From NCBI RefSeq assembly GCF_009914755.1, contig NC_060933.1: a stretch of DNA of 64,000 nt; one strand, written 5' to 3'. This stretch comes from the human T2T-CHM13v2.0 reference genome, Homo sapiens. Every line of letters begins with the position of its first letter. Within the stretch, counting starts at the first letter, position 1. The position numbers and the translations under genes are program-made. The notes under the pieces are model-generated. The model did not search any database. It was not told where the DNA came from and saw only the letters and a program-made list of their open reading frames with translations. This document shows positions 13,788 to 29,679 of the stretch, one piece after another.

Positions 13788-13918
13788 TAATTCCTCCTTT
13801 ACTGAGGATGGCAACAGATGAGGAAAATGCAAGGACCTTCTATCCAGCACCTGGTCTTGGGAAGACCATTACACCTACCAGCATCTAAGGGTGGCTCTTG
13901 GGAAATAACTTATTCTGG

Positions 13919-14220
13919 GGCCGGGCGCGGTGAATCACGCTTGTAATCCCAGCACTTTGGAAGGCCTAGGTGGGCGGATGACGAGGTCAGGAGATCAAGA
14001 CCATCCTGGCTTACATGGTGAAACCCCGTCTCTACTAAAAACACAAAAAATTAGCCGGGCTTGGTGGCTGGCGCCTGTAGTCGCAGCTGCTCTGGAGACT
14101 GAGGCAGGAGAATGGCGTGAACCCGGGAGGCGGAGCTTGCAGTGAGCCGAGATCGTGCCATCCAGCCTGGGCGACAGAGCGAGACAGCGTCTCAAAAAAA
14201 AAAAAAAAAGAAAAGAAAAA
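13919..14220 (+). mobile_element. AluY-like
   Basis: AATGGCGTGAACCCGGGAGGCGGAGCTTGCAG diagnostic; perfect 16-nt TSD GAAATAACTTATTCTG at 13902-13917 and 14221-14236. Confidence 0.95.
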
Positions 14221-14539
14221 GAAATAACTTATTCTGTTCAATTTAATCCACCACCCAGCAAATGAGTCTTACAAAGTAATGATAAAAGGGAAAGATTGCT
14301 TTATTCGAGGGGTTAAATATGCCCAGTGACCACAAAGTCTGTTAAAAAGTTACAACCATATTGAAAGTGAAGTGGCTTCATATTTTCATAATTTAAATTA
14401 ATAGTTGAAATAAAGGTAATGCTTAAAATGACAACATTTTTATATAAAAGTTTTCTAAAACGTGAGTCTATTAATAGTAATGCAGTAATACATGTTTCAA
14501 AATTCAAAAAGAAAGTGCAAAGGATTACAAATATGAATT

Positions 14540-14827
14540 GGAGACAGTCTCGCTCTGCTGCCCAGGCTGGAGTGCAGTGGCACGATCTCAGCTCACTGCA
14601 ACCTCCCGGCCTTCCAGGCTCAAGCGATTCTCCTGCCTCAGCATCCCGAGTAGCTGGGATTACAGGCATGCGCCACCACACCTGGCTAATTTTTTGTATT
14701 TGAAAATACTAAAGTAGAGACGGGATTTCACCATGTTGCCCAGGTTAGTCTCCCTGAACTCAGGCAATCCACCTGCCTGGGCCTCCCAAAGTGCTGGGAT
14801 TACAGGCGTGAGCCGCCACGCTCGGCC
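14540..14827 (-). mobile_element. Alu (no obvious tail)
   Basis: Reverse-complement dimer. Confidence 0.9.
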
Positions 14828-15744
14828 AAGTGTGAATAATTGTTTTACCTGTCCCTAGCCAGCTATGTTCCTCTCCAGACACAATATACCAATTCCTTGC
14901 CCATTCTTCCAGATTTTCTATCTAATGTCTATTTTTCCAAACACTAATTGTTCGGAAGTTATGTATAAACACTCATAGTATTAGCTGTTTCTAATACTGT
15001 TCTCATGTACACATGCACAGAAGTTTTACATGTTGTAATTCATTAAATGTATTGATATAGGTCTGAATGACCTAATTGATAAAGGCCAGAATGTCATGGA
15101 TAAAGATAATCAGCTCCATACTTTGAAATATCCTCGGAGGTAGAATAAACATTTTCAAATTAAAGTTATGTGCAGAGGCTTCCTTGACTCTGTCTCCTAA
15201 CTTGGTGAGTCTTAGAGTCTGTGTCATGAAGGTGCTCAGCTTTAAACTCAATTGTGATCTTACAGGTGAGGAAACCAGGGAATCAGAGATATTAAGTGAT
15301 CTTCATACACCCACCCTCCTCTCATACCTATATTTATCAATATTTGTTTATGACTGTGACTGTACTTTTTAAATATTATGCTAGCTAACATTTGTTTAAT
15401 TAATATTTTTCAAATTGTTTTCCCAGTTTATCACCTTATTTGTCCCTTAGCTCTGTGAACTAGATGTCATTATTATCTTGCTATAAGAAATGAAGAAATA
15501 GACTCAAAGAAATTAATTTTCCTGCCCAGGGACACATAAATAGCAGAGCTGAAGTTAAGTCACTCATTCATTTATTCTTTTTTTTTTTCAACAAACATGT
15601 TGATTGCCTTCTATGTTTCTTTGCCCTGAGCTGAAGGCAGCAGAAGCTACAAGTATGGGCCTCTCACTCTCACTTCACCACCTAGTAATTCCATAACCTG
15701 TATGAAACATTATGTAAAGCTTCAATTGCAATATTTCTTATATT

Positions 15745-16068
15745 TCTTTTTCTTTTCTTTCTTACTTTTTTTTGAGTGGGGTGGGGTACAGAGTCTGGCT
15801 CTGTCACCCAGGCTGGAGGGCAGTGATGTGATCATGGCTTACTGAAGCCTTGACCTCCTGGCCTTACGTGATCCTCCCACCTCAGCCTCCTGAGTAGCTG
15901 GGACAACAGGCATGCGCCACCACTCCTAGCTAATGTTTTTTTAAATTTTTAATAGAGATGAGGTCTCATTATTTTGCCCAGGCTGATCTTGAACTCCTGA
16001 GCTCAAGCGATATTTCTGCCTTGGCCTCCAAAGTACTAGGATTACAGGCATGGGCCACCAAGCTCGGC
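15745..16068 (-). mobile_element. Alu (AluJ-like)
   Basis: Diverged dimer. Confidence 0.9.
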
Positions 16069-16454
16069 AATTGTAATATTTATGAAATAGACATATTACC
16101 CTTTTTACAGGGTCATTGGGAGGAATACATGAGATAAAGACTGAAAAATGCCTGGTATATAGGCTCAATAAATCTTAGTTACCTTCCCTACTCTCAGTTG
16201 TCTTTAGAATAAAGTTTTAGCCTTGTTTTAAAACACTTTTCTTAGGACTTCTTTGACTTAACTTCTTTGCAGTGAGTTTCTTCCACTGATATCTTCCCAA
16301 ACCATAGAGTGATTTGAGCTGAAAGATTTGGAATGTTTTTATCAGAAGGAGACCAATTAATCTCCAGGAATTAATAAGTAAAAAGCACCATCGTGCTTTT
16401 GTTAGTTATTCTGAAGAACTGTTGGTTAAGCACTTAAACTGCTTACATACATTT

Positions 16455-17930
16455 GCACACTGCTGCTGGAAATGTAACACGGTGCAGCCACTCTGGAAAA
16501 GAGTGCAAAGCAGGTTTGCTGTGCACTGGTTACCAACTGAGTCTGGTGAGACAGAACACCCATGTGTACAAGTTACATGAAGTGAATTTATTATTTACAG
16601 CTAGGCAACAAGGGAAAACCGAAGCATAGGATTCACTGTGAGCCAATCTCCCGAGACTCAGGAAAGTTGCCCCGGAAGGATGGAGTCTCATTTGTGTGTA
16701 CCCCATTTGTACCACAGCTGAGTGACCCTGGAAAGCAGACCATCTTGGGTTTTATATTCTGGAGGCAACATGACATGTTGGGCTAAAATGATGAAGGACA
16801 TCCTGTTTCTAGGAGGGACTGGAACAGAGCCTGGGCTGTTTCAGCCAGTCCCTCCTTATCTCAGGATATTGCATTCCTAGCACATTCTACAGTTATTCTT
16901 GAGAACTATTAATACAAGTGAGAAACTGGGGAGAAGTTGATCAGTCCAAGGCCACTGGGAACTGTCATGCAAAGAGTATAGTGATTTTTTTTTACAAAAC
17001 TGAACGTGCACTTACCATACAACCCAGCAATTACGCTCTTAGACATTTATCTCAGATAAATGAAAACATGTACACACAAAAACCTGTACATAAAAGTTCA
17101 TAGCAGCTTTATTTGTAAAAGCCAGAAATTGAAAACAACCCAAATGTCCTTCAGCAGATGAATGGTTAAACAAACTGTAGCTACTCAGCAATACAAAGTA
17201 ATGAACTCTTGATATATGTAATAATTTGGAAGAATCTCAAAGGGATTATGCTGAATGGAAAAAAGGGCAATCTCAAAGGGTTACATACTGTATGATTGTA
17301 TTTATTTTACTTTATTTTTTTTTTTTTTAGAGACAGGGTCTCACTGTTTCACCCAGGCTGAAATGCAGTGGTGTGACAGTGGCCCAGTGCAGTCTTGAGC
17401 TCCTGGTTCAAGCGATGTTCCTGCCTCAGCCTCTGTGAGTAGCTGGGACTACAGATGTGCACCACCACACCTGGCTGATTTTTTTTTTCTTTTGTGAGAC
17501 GGGCCCTTGCTTGGTTGCCCAGGCTTGTTTTGAACTCCTGGCTTCAAGTAATACGATTACATTTATGTAGCATTTTCAAAATGACAAAATTATAGGGATG
17601 GAGAACAGATGATTAGTCGCTTGGGGTTGGCGGTGGTGGGGAGTAAGGGCGGTGTCTATGTTTATGAAAGGGTAGCTCAAGGGAAACTTGTAGTAGAACT
17701 GTCCTGTATGTTGACTATAGCAGTGGTCACACAAATCTACACACGAGATACAATTGCATAAAAATTAGGGCGTTTCTCTCAGCCTACTTTGGCTCAGGAG
17801 ACCGCCCCACAAAATATAAAATAAAATTTAAAAATTAATATACACACCAACCCACACGCAAATGAATACCACTCACAAATTCATCCATCTGGTGAATTTC
17901 AGATAAGGTCCATTAATTATATCAATGTTA
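16455..17930 (+). mobile_element. Old L1M 3' fragment hosting an LTR, an Alu (17300-17551, minus) and a micro-insertion
   Basis: GGTGCAGCCACTCTGGAAAA, ACCATACAACCCAGCAATT, AACAACCCAAATGTCCTTCA blocks. Confidence 0.7.
16504..16971 (-). mobile_element. ERVL-class solo LTR (LTR47-like)
   Basis: TGCA...TGCA termini, perfect 5-bp TSD AAGAG; minus-strand TATAAAA near 16750 and AATAAA near 16590. Confidence 0.75.
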
Positions 17931-18229
17931 ACTCACCAAACTCCATGCTCTATTGTCTGAACCAGGAAGACTCAACTTGTTTTCCCAGTCATACCAACGA
18001 AGTTACTCCCTCATTATTTTCAAGGATGTTTCATAATCAATAAATGTTTGTAAATAAGGGCTTTGAAATGTGCAAGTCTTCTCATCTATTAATCCTAAGT
18101 ATATATACATATTTTTAAACATTAACGTTTAGCAGCTACTAAATATATTTTTATTAGCCTCACATTTCCCAGCTAAATGCCTCATTGAAAGTTTGTAATA
18201 TATATTATGTTGGTTTTAACTGACCTTTT

Positions 18230-18640
18230 AACTGCCTTGCCTAGTAGACTGTATGTCTGAGGGCAGAAGGCATATCTGTTTTGTTCATGCCTGTATCCCC
18301 AGCATCTAACAAAGTGAGATTTTTCTATAACCACTTTTTGAAATGAATAAATGAATTTACAAGTGCCAGACACTGCACTAAACCCTGTAATATATCATTA
18401 CATATAACTTAATACAATAGTATCATCTTTTTTGTTTTTTGTTTGTTTTTAAACAAGGACTTGCTGTGTTGCCCAGGTTGGAATAGCTGGGACCCCCCCG
18501 ACACACACTTTTTAAAAAACCAGTGAGCACACTATAATTAAGTACCTTGCTCAAAGTCATACAGCTGTTAATAAGTAAAGCCTCAATTTGAAAGCAAGCC
18601 CAGGAAATGATTAACCACTGGATCTACTGCCTCTGCTGAA
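18230..18640. mobile_element. L2 3' end plus MIR fragments with a tiny Alu piece
   Basis: TGAATAAATGAAT L2 terminus; MIR-like CTTGCTCAAAGTCATACAGCT. Confidence 0.5.
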
Positions 18641-19582
18641 GTTTGTCTTGTCTATCTTTAAATAAGTTTCATGAAGTTGTTTTACTTTTGGAAATCTTAT
18701 TAATTTGTAAATAATTGTTTGCAGTGATTTAGCATTTTAGTTGGGTAAGAAAATATATATTTTGCTGACCAAAACTGAAAGACTAGATTGCCCACAGAGT
18801 ATGTTTATAGAGAAAATAAACAATTTCTTACGCTTTATGTTAAAAATCTGGTTTATATATCAACAATGACTCAAACTACTGTTGAGCTAAAACCTCAAGG
18901 AAAAAGGCAAAGGCAAGTAGGGGCTTTTTTCACTTAATACAAGGGCTCCCTTATAATTCTCATCGTCATTCTAGGATTTATTATTTTTACTCTTGGGATT
19001 CCTCTATTAATTCTGTTCTTTATGCAAAACCTTTGCATAGAGTTCTAAGTCTTTGACTTAGATCTAGCTAGTTTTGTCTTTGTATTCTTTGTTCTAGTCC
19101 CTGGATCCACATGAAGGATATTATAATTTGCTCTTAAAATAATAAGAATGCTCTCCACTATGGAGCTAGGGATATGATTCCTGTAAATGGTCACTTTGTG
19201 CCTTTGGTGAGTTTTTTTATTTAAATATTTTGTATGATAATTAAATTGTTTTTTGTCTTATTACTCCTGGTAACTCACAGAACACCTTTAGTGAATTTTT
19301 ATATTCTTTCTTAATCACAGGAACCAGAACCCAGTTGCAGTGTTTGTATGCACATAGTTTTAATGCTCTCAATGGTTATTCTCAAACTTGGAATGAAAAT
19401 TCTATTATTGTTGTTAATTTTTGAGGGGGTGGTTAAAAAGTGAAGTGAAATGGATTTTGTGTAACTGATTAGTGCTAAGTTAGTTTACAGAAAAACATCA
19501 CAGGGTATGTACTGCTAGGAATAAGTCTCTCTTTCTAGGGATCCTATAATGGTCCCTACAAAGATATCTTCCCATCCCATAA

Positions 19583-20052
<470 letters not shown>

Positions 20053-20499
20053 TGAATTATGTATTTATTACTTCCCCAAGAAGCATCAAAATAGTAATCA
20101 TGGGGGGAAATATCAGAATTTGGTTGGACTTCCTCATATTTATCTTACAGATTATTTTTGTTATTTTAAGTTACTTTTAGTGGCAAAGATGGGAGTACCA
20201 CAGGATGTTCAGAGCAAAAGATTTGTGTTTTGTCTGAGACCCTCACACAAGTAAGAAAGATACTTTCTACTTCCACCTTCACTGCAAAGCCAGTCTCCAA
20301 GATCTTGGCCTGTTTTTATCATCTGGCCCTGATGTTTTCTGAAATTATTAATAAAGGGTAAGATTGGGCTATCATATTTGAATTAGCAGAATCACTCTAA
20401 CACCCTATCGTGACTCCTGTCTCTCCATTTAAAATCCTTTCAGTCTCTGGAAGGTTCCCCTCTACCCAACGCTTAATGGGTGATACCTGCAGTCCACAT

Positions 20500-20655
20500 T
20501 TGCTACTCAAAAGTATGGACCAGCTCATTTATATCTCCTGGGATACTGTTAGGAATGCAGTATCTCAGACCTCACCTACTGAATCTGAATCTGCATTTAA
20601 ACAAGATCCCCAAGTGATTCACAGGCATGTTAAAGTTTTGAAAAGCACTGCTCCA
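20500..20655. mobile_element. MER5-type MITE
   Basis: CCTACTGAATCTGAATCTGCATTTAAACAAGATCCCCAAGTGATTC. Confidence 0.7.
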
Positions 20656-20714
20656 GAAACAAAACAGAACATATACATCTCAATCCTTTTACTGATAGAT
20701 TAAACCCTCATATG

Positions 20715-21275
<561 letters not shown>

Positions 21276-22078
21276 TTTAAAAATGAAAGAAGAAAGGCGA
21301 ACAGTGGGGTAGAGATGGGAGAGTTTGCTTCTAAGAAGACAAGTGAAAATAACTTTATCTTCATGTTTAAACAGAAAAAAACCCAACTAAATCTTCTTCA
21401 AGGAATGCATTCTCTCTGATTTAATATATACCCACACTATAAACATAACTAACTAAATACGTGTATTTAATTAATGTTTGGCTTCAGTTTACTTTATTGT
21501 GTTCTATGCTGTATGCCAAACGAAATGCTAGTGTGTGCTTTACTTGCTAATCAATACGCTTACATAAAAATTATTTGGGGCAGGGCTTGGCATGGTACAG
21601 TCATTGGGCCAACACTTTTTAACTAATCTGCCAGCCTCCAGACTTTCCTCCAGTGCCACTAGATATAGAGTGACTTCAGATTATTCTTTTTTCAATAAAT
21701 AACTTTTTTTTGTCCAATGGGAATTGATTATGTTACTCTTCTGATTCAAATCCCTCAATGGTGTTCCACTATTTATTGGACAGAGTCTTACGTTCCCTCA
21801 CATAACATACAATGTCCTTCCCATGTGGGCCACGGGCCATCTTTCCAGTCAATCCCATGACTTCCCTCTCAACCCCTTACCTTATCATCCCCGAAAGAGT
21901 CACTCCTTCCTCAGTTACTAAGTTTCTCACACTGCTAAAATATCTGGTTTCCCAGTAGAATGTGAACTCATTTAAGGCATAGGTTGTCCCTGTTCATAGC
22001 ACTGTCCCTTGCACAGTGAGGGCAATCTGTAAACCTACAATGAACATATATAGAGCAGGCATTGACAAACTTCTATAA

Positions 22079-22605
22079 CAGGGATCCCTAACCCCCAGGC
22101 CATGGACCAATATCATTCGGTGGCCTGTTAGGAGATAGGCCACACAGGAGGTAAGTGGCAGGCAAGCAAGTGAAGCTTCATCTGAATTTACAGCCACTTC
22201 TCATCGTTCACATTGCCTCCTGAGCTCCACCTCCTCTCAGATCAGCTTTGGCATTACATTCTCATAGGAGCATGGACCCTATCGTGTACTGCGCATGTGA
22301 GGGATCTAGGTTGTGTGCTCCTTATGAGAATCTAATGCCTGATGATCTGCCATTGTCTCCCATCACCCCCAGATGGGACTGTCTAGTTGCAGGAAAACAA
22401 GCTCAGGGCTCCCATTGATTCCACATTATGGTGAGCTGTATAATTATTTCATTATATATTACAATGTAATAATAATAGAAAGGAAGTGCACAATAAATGT
22501 AATGCACTTGAATCATCCCAAAACCATCCCTCTGCAACCCGGGGTCCGTGGAAAAATTGTCTTTCACGAAACAAGTCCCTGATGCCAAAAACTTGGTAAC
22601 CACTG
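22079..22605. mobile_element. MER1A hAT-Charlie element
   Basis: 527 nt, CAGGGATCCCTAACC...GGTAACCACTG termini, imperfect 8-bp TSD TTCTATAA/TTCTACAG. Confidence 0.85.
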
Positions 22606-22744
22606 TTCTACAGAGAATCAGTGCACAAATATTTTCAGCTTTGCAGGCCATGAGACCCTTACAACTACTCAAATCTGCTGTTATAGCATGCAAACAATCA
22701 CAAAGAACACAAAAAGGAGTGATGTGACTGCGTTTCAACAAAAG

Positions 22745-23040
22745 TTTTTTTTTTTTTTTAGATAGGGTCTCACTGTGTTACCCAGGCTGGAGTACAATGG
22801 CGTGACACTGGCTTACTGGAGCCTCAACCTCCCAGGCCCAGGCAATCCTCTTACTCAGCCTCCTGAGTAGCAGGGACCACAGGCATGCACCACCATGCCC
22901 AGCTAATTTTGCGTATTTTTTATAAAGATGAGGTTTTGCCAGGTTGCCAAGGTTGGTCTTGAACTCCTAGACTCAAGTGATCTGCTTGCCTCTGCCTCCC
23001 AAAGTGCTGGAATTACAGGCATGAGCCATAGTGCCCGGCC
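22745..23040 (-). mobile_element. Alu (AluJ-like)
   Basis: Reverse-complement dimer. Confidence 0.93.
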
Positions 23041-24047
23041 AATAAAACTTAAAACACAAAACAAAACAGGTGACTGATTGAATTTGGCCAATAGGACATA
23101 ATTTGCTGACCCTAACATAGATGAATAAATGTTGACAGTAAACATGAATGCTACTGTAAATGACTTTCTCCTGTTTTCCCATACCACCTTGAGGCCTTTC
23201 TAGGCCTCAAACTTCATGTCTAGGTCATTCATTACTAACATATCTGCCAGATGATAGTTCCCCAGTGTCTGGGCCTATTGGCCCTTCCCCTCGCTCTTTC
23301 AAAAAAAAGTCTAAGTAGGAGAGTATGCAACCAAGAGCCATAGCAGGATATTTCCCACATACCAGAGAGTCTGAAAGTTCACCCTAAATTTTATAGTGTA
23401 GGAACCCACCTATGGACCCCTATGTGGGTTGAATCATTTCTCTTCTTCTGAACGTCAATTAGTTAAAACTCTGGATTTAAAATGTAAAACCTTGAAGCTG
23501 GAACCATAACTAGGAATGTGTCAGGATTTTATCTTCCGAAAATCTCTAGAAAAGTCAGTGTTTCTTGGTGTTGGTGGAGGGGGGTGGGCAGTGATATTTC
23601 TTTCTCATGTTTGAGGCTTCCACAGAAAGGGAGTTCAGTCAAGCGACAGTCCTTGGCTTCCTCTATTCTTTACTCATCCTGTTTGGGAAAGGTAGAGCAA
23701 CTCGTCTGATTGGTACATCTGGAAAGAATAAACTAGGCTTGCTTGGCTCAGCCCCTGACCTTATTTTTTCCTCCTAGGATTACATTTGCTTATATCAAGC
23801 ACAATTTCTTCTCTGTTACTCATTCCATAAAATTCTTCCTAGTTGTCCTCATTTAGTACTGCCTATCATGATGTGAGTAAGCCTGACTATTTCTGGATAG
23901 AGTTAGGAGGCTCATTTTACTCTCACATTAACATATTTCTTCCAGTGTAGCTTTATTGCCTGTGATTGAGCAGACATTTTGGCCACCATCAGTTTCTTCT
24001 TCGTCTTATTGTTTAATCTCTTCTGAGCCCAGTGGGAAAGAGGGGAG

Positions 24048-24713
24048 TGTATAAAGATATCTTCTTATATTCAGTATTCTTGATTCCCTGGCATCTGCAG
24101 CCTCACTGGCCAGGGAGAGATTGACTCTTCCCAGACTAGCTAGTTCCTAGAGATAGTCAACAACTCCTCTCTGCCTTTCATTGGCAAATTGAACAGTCCA
24201 GAACTCATATCCCCCAACCACCTCCTTTATCGAACTCTTATACACAAGCCAACTTTCCCCTGCCCTAATCAACCTAGGGTCAGGTACCACGCAACTCAGG
24301 ACAGTCCCTACACCCCAGAGACAGCTGAAATTATTAAAACTAAGCAATCCTACATCTTCCTTGCCTTGCCTTTTTTCTTGCCTTGCTCCTTCCTTGCCTT
24401 GCCCCTCCCCTCTCCTTCCCTCCCTTCCCTTCCCTTCCTCTTCCCTCTCTTCCCCTTCCCTTCCCTCTCCTCCCTTGCCCTCCCCTCCCCTTCTCTTTCC
24501 TGTAGAAATGATGATAAAAGCTCATGCCCATGGTTTCCTCTTGCTTCTTCTGCCTCCTGACCGACACTGGTGCTTCCCCGTGTGGCCCTGTGTGGCTTGT
24601 TGTGCCCCTTCCCTCTTGGGAACTGTGAGTCACAAGCTGTCTCTTCATTGGCAGTCATCTCATCATCTGCTGGCCTCACCATACCTAAATAATAACATCT
24701 ACATTTTAAAACA
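24048..24713 (+). mobile_element. ERVL solo LTR (MER74-like) with internal polypyrimidine expansion
   Basis: TG...CA ends; TTCCTAGAGATAG and GCTTCCCCGTGTGGCCCTG blocks. Confidence 0.65.
24355..24500. repeat. (CCCTT/CCTTG)n polypyrimidine tract
   Basis: About 145 nt almost purely C/T. Confidence 0.9.
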
Positions 24714-25189
24714 AACAGTTGTTACTGGGCCCCTCCAAAGGCCCAACAAATATCATTTTTCCCTTCGTTCCTGATGTGTTTCTTTTGAAATCAGGAAGAT
24801 GGAACAGAATTACCTAAATATCTAGGTCCTGATTAGCAATAATTTGCCCAGTTTTCATTTGTTTTTGAGATTCTTACTACTGATTTCTTAAAGAAAAGTA
24901 ACTTATCTTAAGAATTTATCAATCTGCATCTTAAGTATGAAACATTCTTAAGCTTTGAGAACTAAGAGAAATGTAATTCATGGTCCAAGCCCTCAGTAAA
25001 CTTATGGCCCATTGGGAAAGCAAAACTAGAAAATGTTAGACAGTTGAGACAATTTAGTGTTAAAACAGTATGGATTAAGGAGGGTGTAGTGGGAATTAAG
25101 GAAAGGAAAGAACAGTTTGAAAGGGGCATGACAGCTAGATCTCAAAGAGTGAATTTAACTCAAAGAAGCAAAGAGGTAGGAGTACTCCT

Positions 25190-25620
25190 TGCAAGCCAAT
25201 TCAAGTAGGTTTAAGCCAAAAGGCAGAAGGATTTATTGTTTGTAACTAAAAAGATCAGGCATAGATAGATCTAGAGGCTCAAATTATATCATCATCAGGA
25301 ACTTCTCCCTTGCTATTTCTTGGCTTTCCCAAACACTATTCTTTTCTAAAAATTCTAACAGAAGCTCTAGGCAGGGCTGGATTGGACCAAGTTGCATCTT
25401 GTGCCCTTCACTCAAGTGCTGTAACCAAGGGACTGAGGTGCTCTGATTGGCCAGGTTTGGGTCACATGCTACCCTAGAGCTGGCTGTGGAGTCAGCCATA
25501 TCCAAATTTATGGACTCTAAGTAAGGGTCTGATGGTTCCCCAAAAAATTCTGAGAAATATTACCAAAAGGTAAAACTGATTCTGGACAGCAAAATACAAC
25601 AATCTTTGGTGTAGTGGAAG
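25190..25620. mobile_element. Old MaLR/ERVL LTR remnant (MLT1/LTR33-like)
   Basis: CTCTGATTGGCCAGGTTTGGGTCACATGC block. Confidence 0.45.
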
Positions 25621-26276
25621 AACAATGACATGAGCAAGGAGTAAAGGAAAGTAAAGACCTGTCTGATTATAAACCATGTTAAGAAGCAGGAGAGACCACA
25701 TTCAATAATTCAGGTGGTATAAAACTATTAGGAACTTTACAAGTCAAACCAAAAGTTTGGATAAATCACTAAGCAATGGAGATCGTTTTTTAGATTCTAA
25801 AGCACTAGAGTCATATGATGAAAGTAGTAGTATAGAATGATTCATTAGACAAGAGCCAGGGGATTAACTGTCATCAAGAAGACCAGATGAGAAAATTGTT
25901 TAAAGAATCCTGAAATGGCATGATAAAAGTTTAGGCTACACAATAATAGCAAAGGGAAGGGATTAAAGCAAAAATCCAGATAATATTTTCAAAGAAAAGA
26001 CAGAGTTGAATATAGGGGATGAATAAGGGGAAAAATCAAAAGAGATGCCAGAGGATATAGCTAGAGTTACAAAGGCATTACTATTAGAAATTTATAAGGG
26101 AAGTAGGTTTCCCCTTCTTCTGATGCCTCCTGCCCCACAGGCCTGCTCTCTTATCCTCTGATTTCTATCAAATCTAGCAGACTGAATTAAGACTGCTAGG
26201 GGATCTAATGACTGAAAGATTATGGCCTCCCACCTCCATCACTGTATGTGATTCCAAATAAAAATACTAATTGTCA

Positions 26277-26555
26277 GGCCCGGCGTGGTGCCTCATGGCT
26301 GTATTCCCAAACCTTTGGGAGTCTGAAGTGAGAGGATCGCTTGAACTGAGAAGTTCAAGACCAGCCTGAACAACATAACAGGATCTCATCTCCACAAAAA
26401 GTTTAAAAAATTAGCCAGGCACTGTGACATGCATCTGTAATCCCAGCTACTTGGGAGACTGAGCATCCCTTAAGCCCAGGAGTTTGAGGTTGCAGTGAGT
26501 TCCGATGGCATCCCTGTACTCCAGCCTGGGTGACAGAGTGAGATTCTGCCTCTAA

Positions 26556-26586
<31 letters not shown>
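26277..26586 (+). mobile_element. Alu (AluJ-like) with (CAA)n tail
   Basis: Diverged dimer. Confidence 0.9.
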
Positions 26587-26736
26587 TAAATGGTCAAGGA
26601 AGTCCAACAGGCCTGATTTCTCACATGATGCTACCATGATGCTTTGCTTACAGTTGCATATATGACATTTTACGATTTTTTTCTAACTAGAAATTGACTT
26701 GCTGCTGATACCCTAATTTAGGTAATCCATCACTAC

Positions 26737-28472
<1,736 letters not shown>

Positions 28473-29679
28473 TTAAACTATTTGATAGGGATATCAATTA
28501 TATAGAGGCAGAAGGAAGAGAAGAGAGAGAAAATGAAAGATGAAAAGTGCATCAGGTAAAGAAGTCTTCAGACTGGGAGAGGGCTGGCATTGGCACTCGG
28601 ACAAATATATTCATCTTTCCTTCCTAGTTTCCCTTCTCTGGGCACTAGATCAGAAGGATAGATTCTTCATTTTAGGAAACTAGAGTGATTAGATGATTTG
28701 GTGGATAGAATGTAGAGAATGTAAGAGTGAGCAAAGAAGTAAAGTCTACAATGAAAAAGGAAAGCTGAGTGCCAGCTCACAATTTCAAAACCGTTGATTA
28801 CTGGATTACTGGAACACACATTAGCGCAATATCCAAAGAACTATAAGCCAACAGCTGTACTTGAATGTCTTACCCTTAGCCTTCCACTGCTACAAATTTT
28901 AGACTTTTGTTTACATCTTTAAATAATAATAACTAATATGTAAAGGCCATGTGTCCTATGCCAGATTACTGTGATAAATGTAAAGTGTAGGTTAAAAAAT
29001 TTAATCTTCAAAGCAACTTTATAAAGCAAGTTTGTCATTATCTCTGTTTTATAGACAAGGTGACTAAGTCTCAAGACTTAGCTTCTTGAAATCACATAGC
29101 CAGATTTGATTCTGTTCTAAATGATGGACACCAAAGTTCTGCATTTTATTATTACATTATACCCTTTTCCAAATACACAGAGAAATACTGAAATTTCTTT
29201 TCTCAGGGAGACAATGTTCTAATCTGAAAACCAGGATTTTTATTGCTAAAGAAGAAGGGGCAGATGGAAATTGGGAGGGCTTCTCTGCCACATCCAATAA
29301 ATTAGCACAATCATTTTTTCCTGTAGTGCTGGAACAGACCACTGTTTCTTCAGTTGAGTGCCAGATAAAGTAACTGACTTGCAATTAGGCATCACATTCT
29401 CTCAAGAGTTAAACCACATTTAGCACAGTGGGATGTTCATACTATATGTGCATTTGGGGGAGCTGATGGTTTGTCTTGTAAATTCACATCTCATCTCATG
29501 TACCTGCTAGACATGCGTTCATATTCTCTCCAACGCTCCCCACCCCTCTATCTGTCTCTCTTTCTCACTCTCTCTCTCTCTCTTTCCTCTAAGCCTATAT
29601 AGTTGATTAGAATTTGATGCAATGGGATACACTTTTTTTTCCTGCTTTCTTTTCCATCACCTTGTGAAATAATTTCGGA

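Larger units (their letters stand above)
22055..23115. mobile_element. MER58A split by MER1A and an Alu
   Basis: Pieces at 22055-22078, 22606-22744 and 23041-23115 read as one MER58-like element. Confidence 0.65.

Noticed and set aside
24189-24774. Pro/Leu/Ser- and Gly/Arg/Glu-rich ORFs
   Set aside because: Translation of the polypyrimidine tract within an LTR
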